DNA from: Ptychomitrium polyphyllum
Lineage: Eukaryota
Length of the DNA: 64,000 bases
Assembly (NCBI GenBank): GCA_973851085.1
Contig: OZ316775.1
Coordinates: 2,604,001-2,668,000, forward strand
Reading direction: 5' to 3'
The stretch's first letter is position 1. Every line of letters begins with the position of its first letter. A program made the position numbers and the translations under genes. Shown in pieces: positions 1-11,002 of this stretch. Below the pieces are notes generated by a model. The model worked only from the letters and a program-made list of their open reading frames with translations. It ran no database searches and was not told the DNA's origin.

Positions 1-3000
1 ATCAGAGTAGAATTAGGAAGTGGATGTGGCAACAGAAGGGTCTTCTGGACTCTCTCTGCCATGCTAGTTCAGAATTGGCCCTCCTTTATAGAACAGCTGA
101 AGCATCACAGAGATCTCCTGAAGTTGACTGTACTGAAGTTGCTATGCTCAGCAAAGCTGTTCTACAAATATCACACAAATTGGACGTTTGCAAGAAATTG
201 TTAGATCAGTTCCTTGTTCCTCGAAGTGAGTCAGTAGGCTCGAGACCTTTGGAGGAGTCCTGGCCTCTGTTGGTCACACCCGGCATGCAAGATGTACTTC
301 TGAGGAATTTTAGTGCTTTGGGAACTGCAGAGCCTCTCTTACAAGAAGTATGCAGAGGTATCAGTGGGCCTGAAGTACCAGGGTTGGGTTCCCTGCAGCT
401 TCTTTTCAGTCGAGCACTAGATATGTCCAATAATTTTGAGGAAGAGTTTGCCAGTACAAGCAGTTCGTATTCCCTCGACCAGGAGATGTCTTTGGATATT
501 GCACCTTTCACAGAACACTACGATAAGATTGTTACTGAAGTTCTCTTGGCGGTTCAGAATCTTCGATCAACTACTGCTGCACAGGAGTCTGTTAGTGGAG
601 AATCTGAGCTCGCAGGTACTATTCAAGACGTGGACCATTCTATCAGCAAGAAGATGCTGGCCTTACGTTTAGGGAAAATATACGATATATTGCTGAGGGC
701 TATCTGCGCAGGTAAATGGAATACCAATTTATTCTATCGATTTATTTCCTTTCTCTGTCTGTTTTCTGCAACTGGAATCCCCAAAATCTGTAAATATTCT
801 ATGAGTTGTCTTAGTCATGTAAGAAATACGCTTGGGTGCAATGCTCAAGTAGAGTTTCTGTGATGGAGACGCTTGTTCTTACCATTTTATCTATGAGCTT
901 ATACTCTTGATATTTCTTGCTTACATACGGCTTTTGTTTTCGTTTAATCTTGGCTGTAGTTAGATTTACGCCTGCTGGGCTTGTATTATGCTTAGAATTC
1001 ATTTTTGTAAAATCGTTTGTAGCTGTTCATCGTCTTATTTTTTGCTCTCTTACAGCATAGGAAAGCTTGTGTTGGTAACATTCATTTTCGCACTATAACG
1101 GATGTTAAGCAGCACAGGGAATGACATTATCAGAGAACTGTTATTGCAGGTGCAGAGATGATTGATTCAAAACCCGACAGTGAGCTTCGTATTGGCACTG
1201 CCTTGGGGAAGCTTTTTGGTTGCATATATGCTCCGTTACAGATATTGGTGGCGGCTGGGGCTCAGTTACTTGCAGATTATGTTGATTTGCAGAAGACCGT
1301 GTCCAAACTTAGCTATGTATTGTCCAACTTGTTTTGCTCTTTATACTCAGAGGGTTTCTGCCTAACGAAAGAGCAGGAGGGGGAAGCTGGTGGAACGAAG
1401 TTCGAGGATGCCGATGGGACTGGGATGGGAGAAGGTGAAGGGCAAAAGGACGTCAGTGATCAAATTGAAGAAGAGGATCAGCTTCTCAATAGCACAGAAA
1501 AGAATGAGGATCTTCCAAAGAATGATGATGCAGGAAAGAAGAAGGAGAAGGGTATTGAGATGGAACAGGACTTTGATGCGGACATGCTTGATCTTAGTGA
1601 CGATGAACCCGACGAGGAAAACGAGGCAGAGGAAGGAAAGGATGAGAAACTGGAGTCACAGATGGGAGAGGAGGGTGAAAAGAGTGAAGTTGTGGATGAA
1701 CAGCTGTGGAAAGGTGATGATGATAAGAATGAACAGCAGCAACAGGGGAAAGAGAAGCAAGAAAAGGACGCAGGTATGTCAGGTGCGCAGGAAGACGATC
1801 TGGAGATGCGGGCTAAAGAAGGAAACAACGAAGATAGCAAGGGAGGCAAAGGAGGAGAAAAGGAGGAGAATGAAAAGACAACAGATCCTCCAGCCGATGA
1901 GCAAGAGAATGCAAAGCAAGCAGAAAATGGGATGGATGACGATGAGGGATTGAAGGAAGACGAGGCTTATGAGGATCCTAGTGGAGTTAAACCACGAATA
2001 GAGGAAGAGATGGAGCTCCCTGATGATCTGAATTTGGATGGAGGCATGGAAGAAGAAGGTCTGGAGGGGAGTCCAGAAGGAGACGAAGTCGGTCAGGAAG
2101 CTGCCAAAGAGGATAATGGGATGAACGAGTCAGAGCTGATGGAGGTTGACGACAATGCGAACAAACTAGATGAAGACGAGGCTGATGAAAATAAGGATGA
2201 AGCTGAACAGGGACAGGAGGAAAAGAACGCAGAAGACCAAAATGAAGCGGAACAAGAGCAAGAGCAAGAGCAAGAGCAAGAAGGGTTGCAGGAGACTAAT
2301 AAGGCTGAAGTTAACCACGAGGAGCATGATTCAAGTAAGAACGATCGAGAAGAGAACATGCAGGTGGACGGTAATGAGGTACAAGGTGAAGGTCCATCAC
2401 ACGAGGAGCCCATAGCTGATCAACCTGAGCTTCCGTTGCCTGAAATAACGGAAAACCAGTCTTCAGATTCCAGAGCAACAGGAGGTGCTCAGGCTGTTCC
2501 AGCAGGTGTATCGGGCAGACAAGGGGACTCCATCAAAGTTGAGCAAGATGATGAGGATCAGAAAATGGGGGATGCTGATGCTCAAGTTGATCAATCTAAG
2601 TCTGAATTGCAATCATCAGCGACTGAGGATCTCCTTGGGAATAAAAGATCTGCAGATAGGAAGTCAATGTTGTCTGACGACGCCACAAAAAAGCACAATA
2701 GACCAGAAGCAAATGCTAACAGAAGCTTGGGTGATGCATTGAAGAAGTGGAAGGAGATGGTCCAGGTGCTGGATCATAACTCTGCACCTGAAGCTGATGT
2801 TACAGCGAAAGAGGATGAAGAGAGCTTAGAAGAAAGTGCAGCCACGGCTTACGAGTATGTGCCTAAAGAAGAGACAAGTAGTGTACAAGCGCTTGGAGCT
2901 GCTACAGATGACCAACTGACAAACACTAAGAGCCTCGAGGGATTGGAGGATGAGGATGAGAAAGTGAATGATGATGCTGAAGCTGCGTTTCCTAGTATTG

Positions 3001-4220
3001 AAGAACTACAGCTCGAGGACGACAAGGAAGGGCAGGATGATATGGAAGGAGTGGAAGCTACTCACCATCCTTTGAAAACAAAGAAGGGACTGGCTGTTGA
3101 TTCGAAGGAGATCCCTGAAGACCTCGAAGATGACGTTGCAGCCATCAATCCTCTAGAGGAGGATCCTAGCTTTGAGACGATTGAGAGAAGAAGTGAAAAG
3201 GAGACTCTTGTTTCTCTGCGCGTGCCACGAGTTGTAGAAGATGGAGGGCTGAGGAGGTTTGGCGAGGTTGAAGAGAAGCCATTGACTGAAGAAGAATTAA
3301 GGGAGATCAGAAAGGATCTAGAAGTGAAGATTCATGATGGGGATGGGAGTATGGAAAGTGCACGAGTTGTGTGGCAGAAGCTTGAGCAGATGACAGTACG
3401 GTTATCACAGGAGTTAGCAGAACAACTACGCCTAATTTTGGAGCCTACTCTAGCAGCCAAGCTTCAAGGTGATTATCGCTCTGGCAAACGCATCAACATG
3501 AAGAAGATCATACCTTACGTCGCAAGTCAGTTTCGGAAGGATAAGATATGGTTACGAAGAACTAAGGCCAACAAAAGGCAGTACCAGATAGTACTGGCCA
3601 TTGATGATTCCCGAAGTATGACGGAGAGTCATTGCGGTCACATGGCATTGGAGGCTCTCATCACAATCTGCAAAGCTATGTCCCACCTTGAGATCGGAGA
3701 GATGGCTGTTGCAAGCTTTGGTGAAAAAGGGAATGTTCGACTCCTGCATGATTTCGACCAGCCATTTTCAACCGAATCTGGACTGAATATGGTTTCACAA
3801 TTCACTTTCAAGCAAGACAATACTATAGAGGATGAGCCAATTGTAGACTTGTTACAATACCTGATCCGTTTGTTAGACTTCAAAGCAAGAAATTCAACTG
3901 CACCTTCGGGAAGGAACGATCTACAACAGCTAGTGCTAGTGATTGCGGATGGCAGATTTCATGAGAAGGAGAGTTTGAGAAGGCGCATACGAGAGGCAAT
4001 GGACAGGAAGCAGTTGCTGGCTTTTCTGGTGCTGGATAATCCACGGGAGTCTATTCTTGACATGCAGACTGTCTCTTTCTCTAATGGAGCTGCATCTTTT
4101 ACCAAGTACCTGGATTCCTTTCCGTTTCCTTACTACATTCTTCTTCAAGATATTGAGTCACTTCCTCGCACCCTGGCCGACCTTTTACGGCAATGGTTTG
4201 AGCTGACACAGCGGTTCTAA
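1..4220 (+). CDS. MDN1: Midasin (Rea1/MDN1) 3' portion: end of linker, D/E-rich region and C-terminal MIDAS/VWA domain; 5'-truncated
   Basis: Exons <1..711 and 1150..4220. The GT-AG intron 712..1149 joins the 24..863 and 1158..4220 ORFs in frame. Hallmarks: GTGMGEGEGQKDVSDQIE, a long acidic tract, LAEQLRLILEPTLAAKLQGDYRSGKRINMKKIIPYVASQFRKDKIWLRR, MIDAS DDSRS and terminal LPRTLADLLRQWFE. Confidence 0.97.
2250..2283 (+). repeat. (GAGCAA)n coding microsatellite encoding an EQ dipeptide run in the midasin acidic region
   Basis: gaacaagagcaagagcaagagcaagagcaagaa, translated EQEQEQEQEQE. Confidence 0.85.
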
Positions 4221-5835
4221 TTCCACAATCATGCCTGTCATGCTCGGCAACAGCCTGCACTTTGCCTTGCATCCAAAAGAGCAAGCATAGACGTAAGAAG
4301 ATCCCATCTCTTAGTTTCTAATTTCTTTCTTTTTGTCTCGTCAGCTTGGCCTAGATGGTCATTGTTATCTATTTGCAGTGTCATGTTTACTGATATTTAT
4401 ATCATGCTCTAATTTAAATGGCTCTTGCTTCTTGCAGAACACTAGACAATCGGGAGCAGATGCAGAGGTACATGCTCAAGAAAATCATCTCCGTTGATGA
4501 GATGCTGTAACATACTCCAGCAGTTAGAATTATTATTTATTGAGGATGACACACACACAAAACAAGTATTTAGTTAAGATTTTGCAGTATTGCATAGGTT
4601 GTACAATATAGTATCCCTCATTTTTCTAAGCTAGTAGATGGTCATTTGAGACCCATCTAAATCATTTTTGGTCTTTGCTGAAATTGAAAACTGTGTATTG
4701 AAATTGGACCGTGTATTTTGGATGATTTTTTGTCTTTTTTCATAGTTTCCTTACAATCTCTTGGATGTTATTTATATAGTGTTATGCATTTTGACTGTGT
4801 AATAACCCTCGTCCGTTCTTTAGCCCCCACCCTTGCCTCACCAACTTTCAATATTGCAATATTCAGGGAGCTTCGATGGTTTGCATAGTCATGCATGTGT
4901 TACTCTTTTAAGATGCTTGACATAAGTGACATGCTGGACAGACATATAGTAACATCTCTCAACACCTCTATTGACTTCCATTATTATTATTTTCTTAATA
5001 ATTGTTCTACAAGCTCAACTTGCTATAAAGTATATGCAACTATAAATTTTATGCAAGTATAAAGTATATGGAACTAAACTGAATAGTATTATAAGATGTA
5101 TGCTATCTAAAAGAATTTCTCATAAAGTTGAATTGAATTGTGTGCTTCTACATTTACCATAAACCCTTGTGCTGATGCTTATCCAAGTTACAATAAAATC
5201 CTTTACCTTGGAATATAACAACATAAGGAAATTTTCATACATGTTGTTATGTAGATAATAAATGGCAATATATTGCTATTTATGGTTAATTGTGCCTTAT
5301 TTGATTTAACAAGATACTGTAAAATATTAGGTTGTGTTAGACACAACGTTGGATTCTCTTACAACAACTACACATTGAAAAATAAGCTAGCCGTTTTGTC
5401 GTTTTATAAAATGGTAGAAAGATATTAACTCCAAATATTAGATGGAGAAAAAAACAGCCATTACAAATTCATTCAATACACATTGTTTGACTAAAGATTA
5501 GAATTTGAAATAGAAAGTAGTACACAACCACTAAAGTACGCTTGATCATGACACACCCTCTATGGCAACCATGTACCGGTAGCTCTTGGCAGTGTACATA
5601 TTATGACAGTAAAATCCACAAGTGTCCAATTGTACTATCTCCGTGATTCTATTTTGCATGAACTGGACCGAAATATTGCAGTGAACATGAATAATATGAA
5701 TATGACTTGTGACAGCTTGCTCGAAATTAAGCTGACTCGACATCCCATCCAGAACAATAACATAGCGTCTAGCCATAATCTGACAGTGAGATGGAATTTG
5801 AAAGCAGACTGCACTTGCACAAGGAGATTATTTCA

Positions 5836-6403
5836 TCATGTGTCCACCTGGGCCTCGCACCCGCTGGTGGTCTCGTCGAGATCTGCGAATCCTGGAAGGC
5901 ACTCCGTGTAAAACACACAGAACACGGGCATTTCTACACCTCGGATGTGCATAGCCAAGGTGCACTTGGCGGCTTCGGTGTTGTTGCAAACTGGACAGCC
6001 CGTGCTGCAGTCATAGCAGTCAGAGATGATGAACATTTGGACTTCGAAGCCATTGGCAGTGGTGACTATGCTGATGGCGGCATTACGATTGCAATTGAAG
6101 TTGAAATCTTTGCATTGCTTACAATCAGAGATCCCGTTGGCGTAACCAGTGCCAGTGGTCTGCGGAGATAAGGGGCACTTATGACCGCATTCACCACAGT
6201 TATTGATGTCTCTTAGGAAATCAGAGAGTGGACTTATCGGTTTCTGCCTTTCGTGAACTGGAGGTCGCATAGCAAGCCACATCAAATTAACAGTATAGCT
6301 TTGACGAGGGGAAGTTGGCAACTGACCAGTTTGATCCGCAAGAGTGCAGGGCATGGGCACCACCACGACCGAAAACGGCGCCCAGAATATTACGAGAAGC
6401 CAT
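5836..6403 (-). pseudogene. Stig1-like small secreted Cys-rich protein; putative signal-peptide exon carries a 1-nt frameshift (pseudogene or sequence error)
   Basis: DFLRDINNCGECGHKC matches the D-x-x-NCG-x-CG-x-x-C Stig1-type motif, and the rest is Cys-rich. ATG 6403 gives MASRNILGAVF and the next frame continues VVVVPMPCTLADQ. A 69-nt G|GTCAGT..CCAG intron (6326..6258) preserves frame. Confidence 0.55.
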
Positions 6404-6895
6404 AATGACTGATGCTGCAGCCTCAGTCGAAACGCGAGTACAACAAGATTCAAGCGGCGACGTTAATGACAGTGGAATTTTAAGGCCCTGATCTTTAGAT
6501 CTGGTGCAGATCACTCACGTGGTCTTCCGCAGCCCCTGGTGCGTTAATTATACAGTACGTTGATCAAGAATTAAAGCCATGAGCTACTGCATTCCCGCTG
6601 TGAATTTTGACATTGTTTGAGGTTATTCTTTTCGAGGTGAAGACCATAGTGGTGATTCTCTTCGATCGAAGTTGCAGAGTGGAGATATTGGCTTGTCTCG
6701 TCGCTTCAAATTCGAGTCCTGCTGAACTGTCAGGGTACCAATATTAACCACGTTTGATATATATATAATATCAAATATCATCTAAATATTCATAACAACG
6801 ATTCTAAGGCAAGTAGAATACATCCGTCTAGTGCGTGTTGTAATTAAGTAACGGTGTACCTGCAATTAGAAAACTTGACTTAATAGAAAAGTGTG

Positions 6896-6976
6896 CCCCT
6901 CATGGTCGGAATCATTGACAGATCCGTGACCATGGCTTCTCATCGCATTCCCCTCATGGTCCGAATCATCGACCGA
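6896..6976. repeat. Two 27-bp direct repeats (3 mismatches), 54-bp period
   Basis: cccctcatggtcggaatcattgacaga (6896..6922) and cccctcatggtccgaatcatcgaccga (6950..6976). Confidence 0.85.
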
Positions 6977-7955
6977 GCTACTTATCTATTGTCTATGTTT
7001 TATCCATCTTGCTAAACTGAACTTCCATTAAGTAGAGCACTCCATCTATATTATAGTGTCGTCCAATAAAAATTTTAATATTTACAGTCAACATATTAGT
7101 CTGATGAGTTCAATCTCCTCCAAATAGAGAGCATTGCTAGAGAGAGAACTTCACATCACTTCACTTGCGAAATACCACTGGCAGAGGAAAATATGAACCC
7201 ATCTAAAATGTTGAAACAAGGTGGGGTGATCATCCCGGAGCAGCCCGGTGCGTTTCTAGAAAGCGATGCACTAGATCACCTTGGGCGCAATAGAGAAAAC
7301 TGTTGAATAAAATTCAGGATCTTTACTGATGAAGAAAATTGTGATTACCTAAGCTGAGATAAAATTCCATTGTCAGACCTGTATTACAAGATTGGCATCT
7401 ACATGAGAATTATGGGACTACACATGCGTGTAGTGTGAGTTTACTTCAACGCAATCCATTATCAACTATGAAGATTTACAAAAAAACGAATGTACTTTAA
7501 GTACAGAAAGGGCATACCATGAAAAACCCCAGGGCAAGAATTGGTTCCGAACTGTTCTCGGGAACTTAGTCTTCCTCCAATTTTTGACATAATACATTGA
7601 GTACTGAAGAGGGCCAATACGCTATGCAATGTAGGTCTATTCGTAACCAATACGATAATTGCTTTGGGGCATCTGAGTACGTTTATTAAAAACCATTGCA
7701 GAGTGAAAAGGTCCTTGAACACACCGCTTGGACTTCATCAATTGCTACGATTGCAGTCTGGTTAACCATATGAAACCAACAGCATTTCTGTATATAGACT
7801 AAATTGATGTAAGCTCCAACCTTTTGTCTAGATCAAGCCACTGCAACATTCATAGGGGCTTCAACGGTACCAATCGATAATTAACCCTGAAATGCTCTGC
7901 AGAGGCTGGTGCTCTATTGCAAATTAGGGTTCGGGCACAGAGAGGATATCCCTAT

Positions 7956-8876
7956 TCAATCGCCCTTGACTTTGTAGTCGTCGAGTTCTGGGAAACTGCC
8001 GTTGTTGAAAAACAACTTCACAATAGCATCCTTAATGCTAAGGAAAAAGGAAAAGATGTAATTATGGACTCCATCTGAAACCTCATCAGGTATGACAAGG
8101 AAGCGGTTGTAGAGTGTGCTCTCCAGAATTCCCACCACACATCCAACCAGCACGTCGAAGAAGAAATGGCGCCCCAAGATGATTCGAGACGAGGTCGTAG
8201 CAACAGCCCACGAATAGACGGACCAGGTAATGATGCTGACAAGCAAATTAGCCAACATATGCACTCCCTCCTCGAGAATGTTGACCTCATTGCTGAGCAA
8301 TCTTCGGAAGAATGGAAGCCAGACATTGACGGCTTGCTCCTTCCACATGGGCAGGTACATGGTGAAGAAGGTGACCACCATGAGTGCTCGAGTGGAGTGA
8401 TTGCTCGGGAAAGACCATGTCTCTGCTTCCGCAGTGATGACATTCGGTTCGCAATACAAGGGCTGAGCTCGGCAGACATAACTCTCGATGAACGTCACTA
8501 AGACGAGATCCACAATGAAAGCTCCGAGAAGGTTGAAAAAGAACGCGCGAACCTCGGGTGTAAGGTTCTCCTTCGGAAGCAGATATGCGGCTACAACTGC
8601 TGGAATCAAGCAAATCCCGTCGCCGGAAAACTCCAGGATTCTTAACCAAAGATAGAAGAATAAGCGAAGGCCTTGCTCCTGCATCCACCATGAAAACCTT
8701 ATTTCGTGATCAAATAACCAGCCCAGCCAACCCTCTGGTTTATTCTGGCATGGCGGTGGACTTGATGAAGCGCATTTTGGGTTTGTCTTTCTAAGTATAG
8801 ACCTTGAGATCGACCTTTGTCCTCGCCCTCCCCTGCTTCTACTCTTGCACCTAGATCGAGATCGTCTCTTTGGCAT
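7956..8876 (-). CDS. PAP2-superfamily lipid phosphate phosphatase-like membrane protein (LPP-beta/PLPP6-like), intronless, catalytic motifs 1 and 2 altered
   Basis: 306-aa ORF with LEFSGDG, SFPSNHSTRA, SRIILGRHFFFD and several hydrophobic segments, plus a basic R/S-rich N-terminus. Confidence 0.88.
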   Translation of the reverse strand: MPKRRSRSRCKSRSRGGRGQRSISRSILRKTNPKCASSSPPPCQNKPEGWLGWLFDHEIRFSWWMQEQGLRLFFYLWLRILEFSGDGICLIPAVVAAYLLPKENLTPEVRAFFFNLLGAFIVDLVLVTFIESYVCRAQPLYCEPNVITAEAETWSFPSNHSTRALMVVTFFTMYLPMWKEQAVNVWLPFFRRLLSNEVNILEEGVHMLANLLVSIITWSVYSWAVATTSSRIILGRHFFFDVLVGCVVGILESTLYNRFLVIPDEVSDGVHNYIFSFFLSIKDAIVKLFFNNGSFPELDDYKVKGD

Positions 8877-9955
8877 TCTGGTTCTCTTACTTTAAAGGGT
8901 TTCTACATAAGATCCTCTCCCAGCTAATGCATACTAACAACCAACCGTTCGTCATCTCCTGCCCCAGTCGGTTCCTTTTCTTTCTCTCAACTGTACATGA
9001 AAACCTCCTCTCCACTTGAAACGGTCCAAACAACGCATGGATCGATATCATATGCGAATCCATTGTCAGGTGCTTGTGACGGAAATTCACAAAAGGATTC
9101 AAGATTTGGAGACAGATCCTGCAGAGCATCTGCTACATGCAACGCCCACATGGAATGCAAGAGACAGAATGGAAGAAAGTTGTACACAGTAGTACACAGT
9201 AAAGGGCGTCAATAGAGTAAGGGATAAGAGCAGATAACATGGAGTAATATAAATGTCACCCTAGGTTTCCACCTCTAACTATCTCAACCAGGCTCGAGTT
9301 AAAAAATTAACGTTACAAAACCATTGCCCGAACTTGGGTAACAGCAATAATGGCAGGGATACAATGTGAACTGTGTCTATCAGCAAGTTTTTCAGTGGTT
9401 CACATTGTACTCGAATACAAGTCCATACGATCTCCGCACTCAAGATATTTATTGCTGAGCAAATGAAATGGGTACTAAGAACACATACATTCACAAATGA
9501 GCATTGGAGAATCAATCTAATATATCGTAATATATCGTAAGGGATAAGAGCAGATAACAGGTGACATTCAAAGAAGCCCGAAAACTCAGGGAACGGTGAA
9601 ACGTTACACATAATGAAAAATCAACCACTTTACTGAGATCTTGAAACATATCATTGTCCCATTGTTACACAGTGCAGAACAACCTACATGAGAATCATTA
9701 TTGCATAAGCATCGGTAAGAGCATTACTCTACACTAGTCCATTACATCATCAGATGCTTTAGGCAAAACCCTACCTTAACTCTGCATTTGATTTCGTAAG
9801 ATCTCGGTTGCGTTATAACAAAAAAGAGCACTCTTTGCCTTGACAAAATCTTCTCCTTGCTTTGGGCTTTAAAATCTGATCCTCATAACAAGCACCCATG
9901 ATGTTACAGCTCGCACTGAAAAATGCAAAGACAGGAAATCGAATACATCAAGACC

Positions 9956-10876
9956 TTACTGCGGCTGCTGTTGTTGAGGAGGCATGCCAGGGCGAGGTCC
10001 GCCATACATGCCAGGGGGTGCACCAGGGGGAGGAGGCATGCCAGGTCTCGGAGGTCCTTGCATCCCAGGGGGCATGCCAGGTCGTGGAGGACCGCCAGGG
10101 CCGCCCATGCCAGGAGGAGGGCCGCGCATCATCTGAGGAGGACCCATAGGCCTCTGTCCATAAGGACCTGGCATGCCTGGTCCAGACATCTGCGGGGGAG
10201 GCCCAGGAGGAGGCGGCATTGGTCGTCCGCCAGGAGGGCCTTGTCCATAGCCTTGAGGAGGTCCTTGTCCAGGAGGTCCTTGCATCATCTGCCCAGGAGG
10301 GCGCATGCCGGGAGGAGGTGCACCTGGGGGGCCTGGCATTGGTCGCGGTGCGTATTGCCCTGGAGGCGGAGGACCTGGAGGTCTCACTCCAGGAATCGGA
10401 CCAGAAGGGGGCGTGTAAGTCACAGGACCCGCTGATACTTGCGGTCGCGGCTGCATCATCCCAGGCGCAGGACCGCCCACTCCTCGGGCAGGCCCTGCAA
10501 GCCCTGGTTGCGCCTGGTTTGCAGGTGCAGTCGGTATCCCACGCCCTGCAGCACGGCCAATTCCAGGGCCTCCACCAGCAGCTGCAGCTGCTTTAGCCCT
10601 CGATTCGTCGGGCGGCGGTGGTCCTTCCACTGTCATCGAAATCACTTCCTCCCCACGAAGCAGCAGTAGCCCTAAAGTCCTCCTCTCTTCCCTCTCTTCC
10701 TGGCTTTTGCCCTTCTTTGGTGGCACACGACGGAGCTCCTCACAGTCTCCGAGCACCAGGTTCATGTGGCGATCGAACGCCATGAACTTCCCCACCAATT
10801 GCCTCCCGTCTTGTATCGTCACCCGCATCCGCCAATTTATGTACAGTAACATCTTCGACGTCTTAGACATCGCCAT
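9956..10876 (-). CDS. SmB: Small nuclear ribonucleoprotein-associated protein B (SmB)
   Basis: [45 protein letters not shown] (Sm1), [21 protein letters not shown] (Sm2) and a Pro/Gly/Met-rich tail. Probable 5'UTR intron 11262..10907 (CAG|GTATTT..ACAG), so the longer ORF-track start is likely intronic. Confidence 0.97.
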   Translation of the reverse strand: MAMSKTSKMLLYINWRMRVTIQDGRQLVGKFMAFDRHMNLVLGDCEELRRVPPKKGKSQEEREERRTLGLLLLRGEEVISMTVEGPPPPDESRAKAAAAAGGGPGIGRAAGRGIPTAPANQAQPGLAGPARGVGGPAPGMMQPRPQVSAGPVTYTPPSGPIPGVRPPGPPPPGQYAPRPMPGPPGAPPPGMRPPGQMMQGPPGQGPPQGYGQGPPGGRPMPPPPGPPPQMSGPGMPGPYGQRPMGPPQMMRGPPPGMGGPGGPPRPGMPPGMQGPPRPGMPPPPGAPPGMYGGPRPGMPPQQQQPQ

Positions 10877-10993
10877 CTTGACCAAATTTTTGTCACCACT
10901 CCTCACCTGTTGTTTGCTCCACAAGCTACCACTTCCTTCACTCGCAACCCTAATCTCCCAAACCCTTCCTCTGCAAAACCCCGCAAAAGCCTG

Positions 10994-11002
10994 AAACCCT
11001 AA
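10994..11002. promoter_or_regulatory. Telo-box (AAACCCTAA) in the SmB leader intron
   Basis: Exact AAACCCTAA, with a near copy (caaccctaa) around 10945. Telo-boxes are typical of 5' regions of plant translation and RNA-processing genes. Confidence 0.55.

Noticed and set aside
1162..2742. Alternate-frame and antisense ORFs over midasin (and likewise over SmB, PME and ABCA)
   Set aside because: Shadow ORFs produced by biased codon composition of the real genes.
7101..7175. CTGATGA-GTTC...GAAC resembling a hammerhead ribozyme core
   Set aside because: The required GAAA directly after stem II is absent (TTCA follows), and no stems I and III were found.
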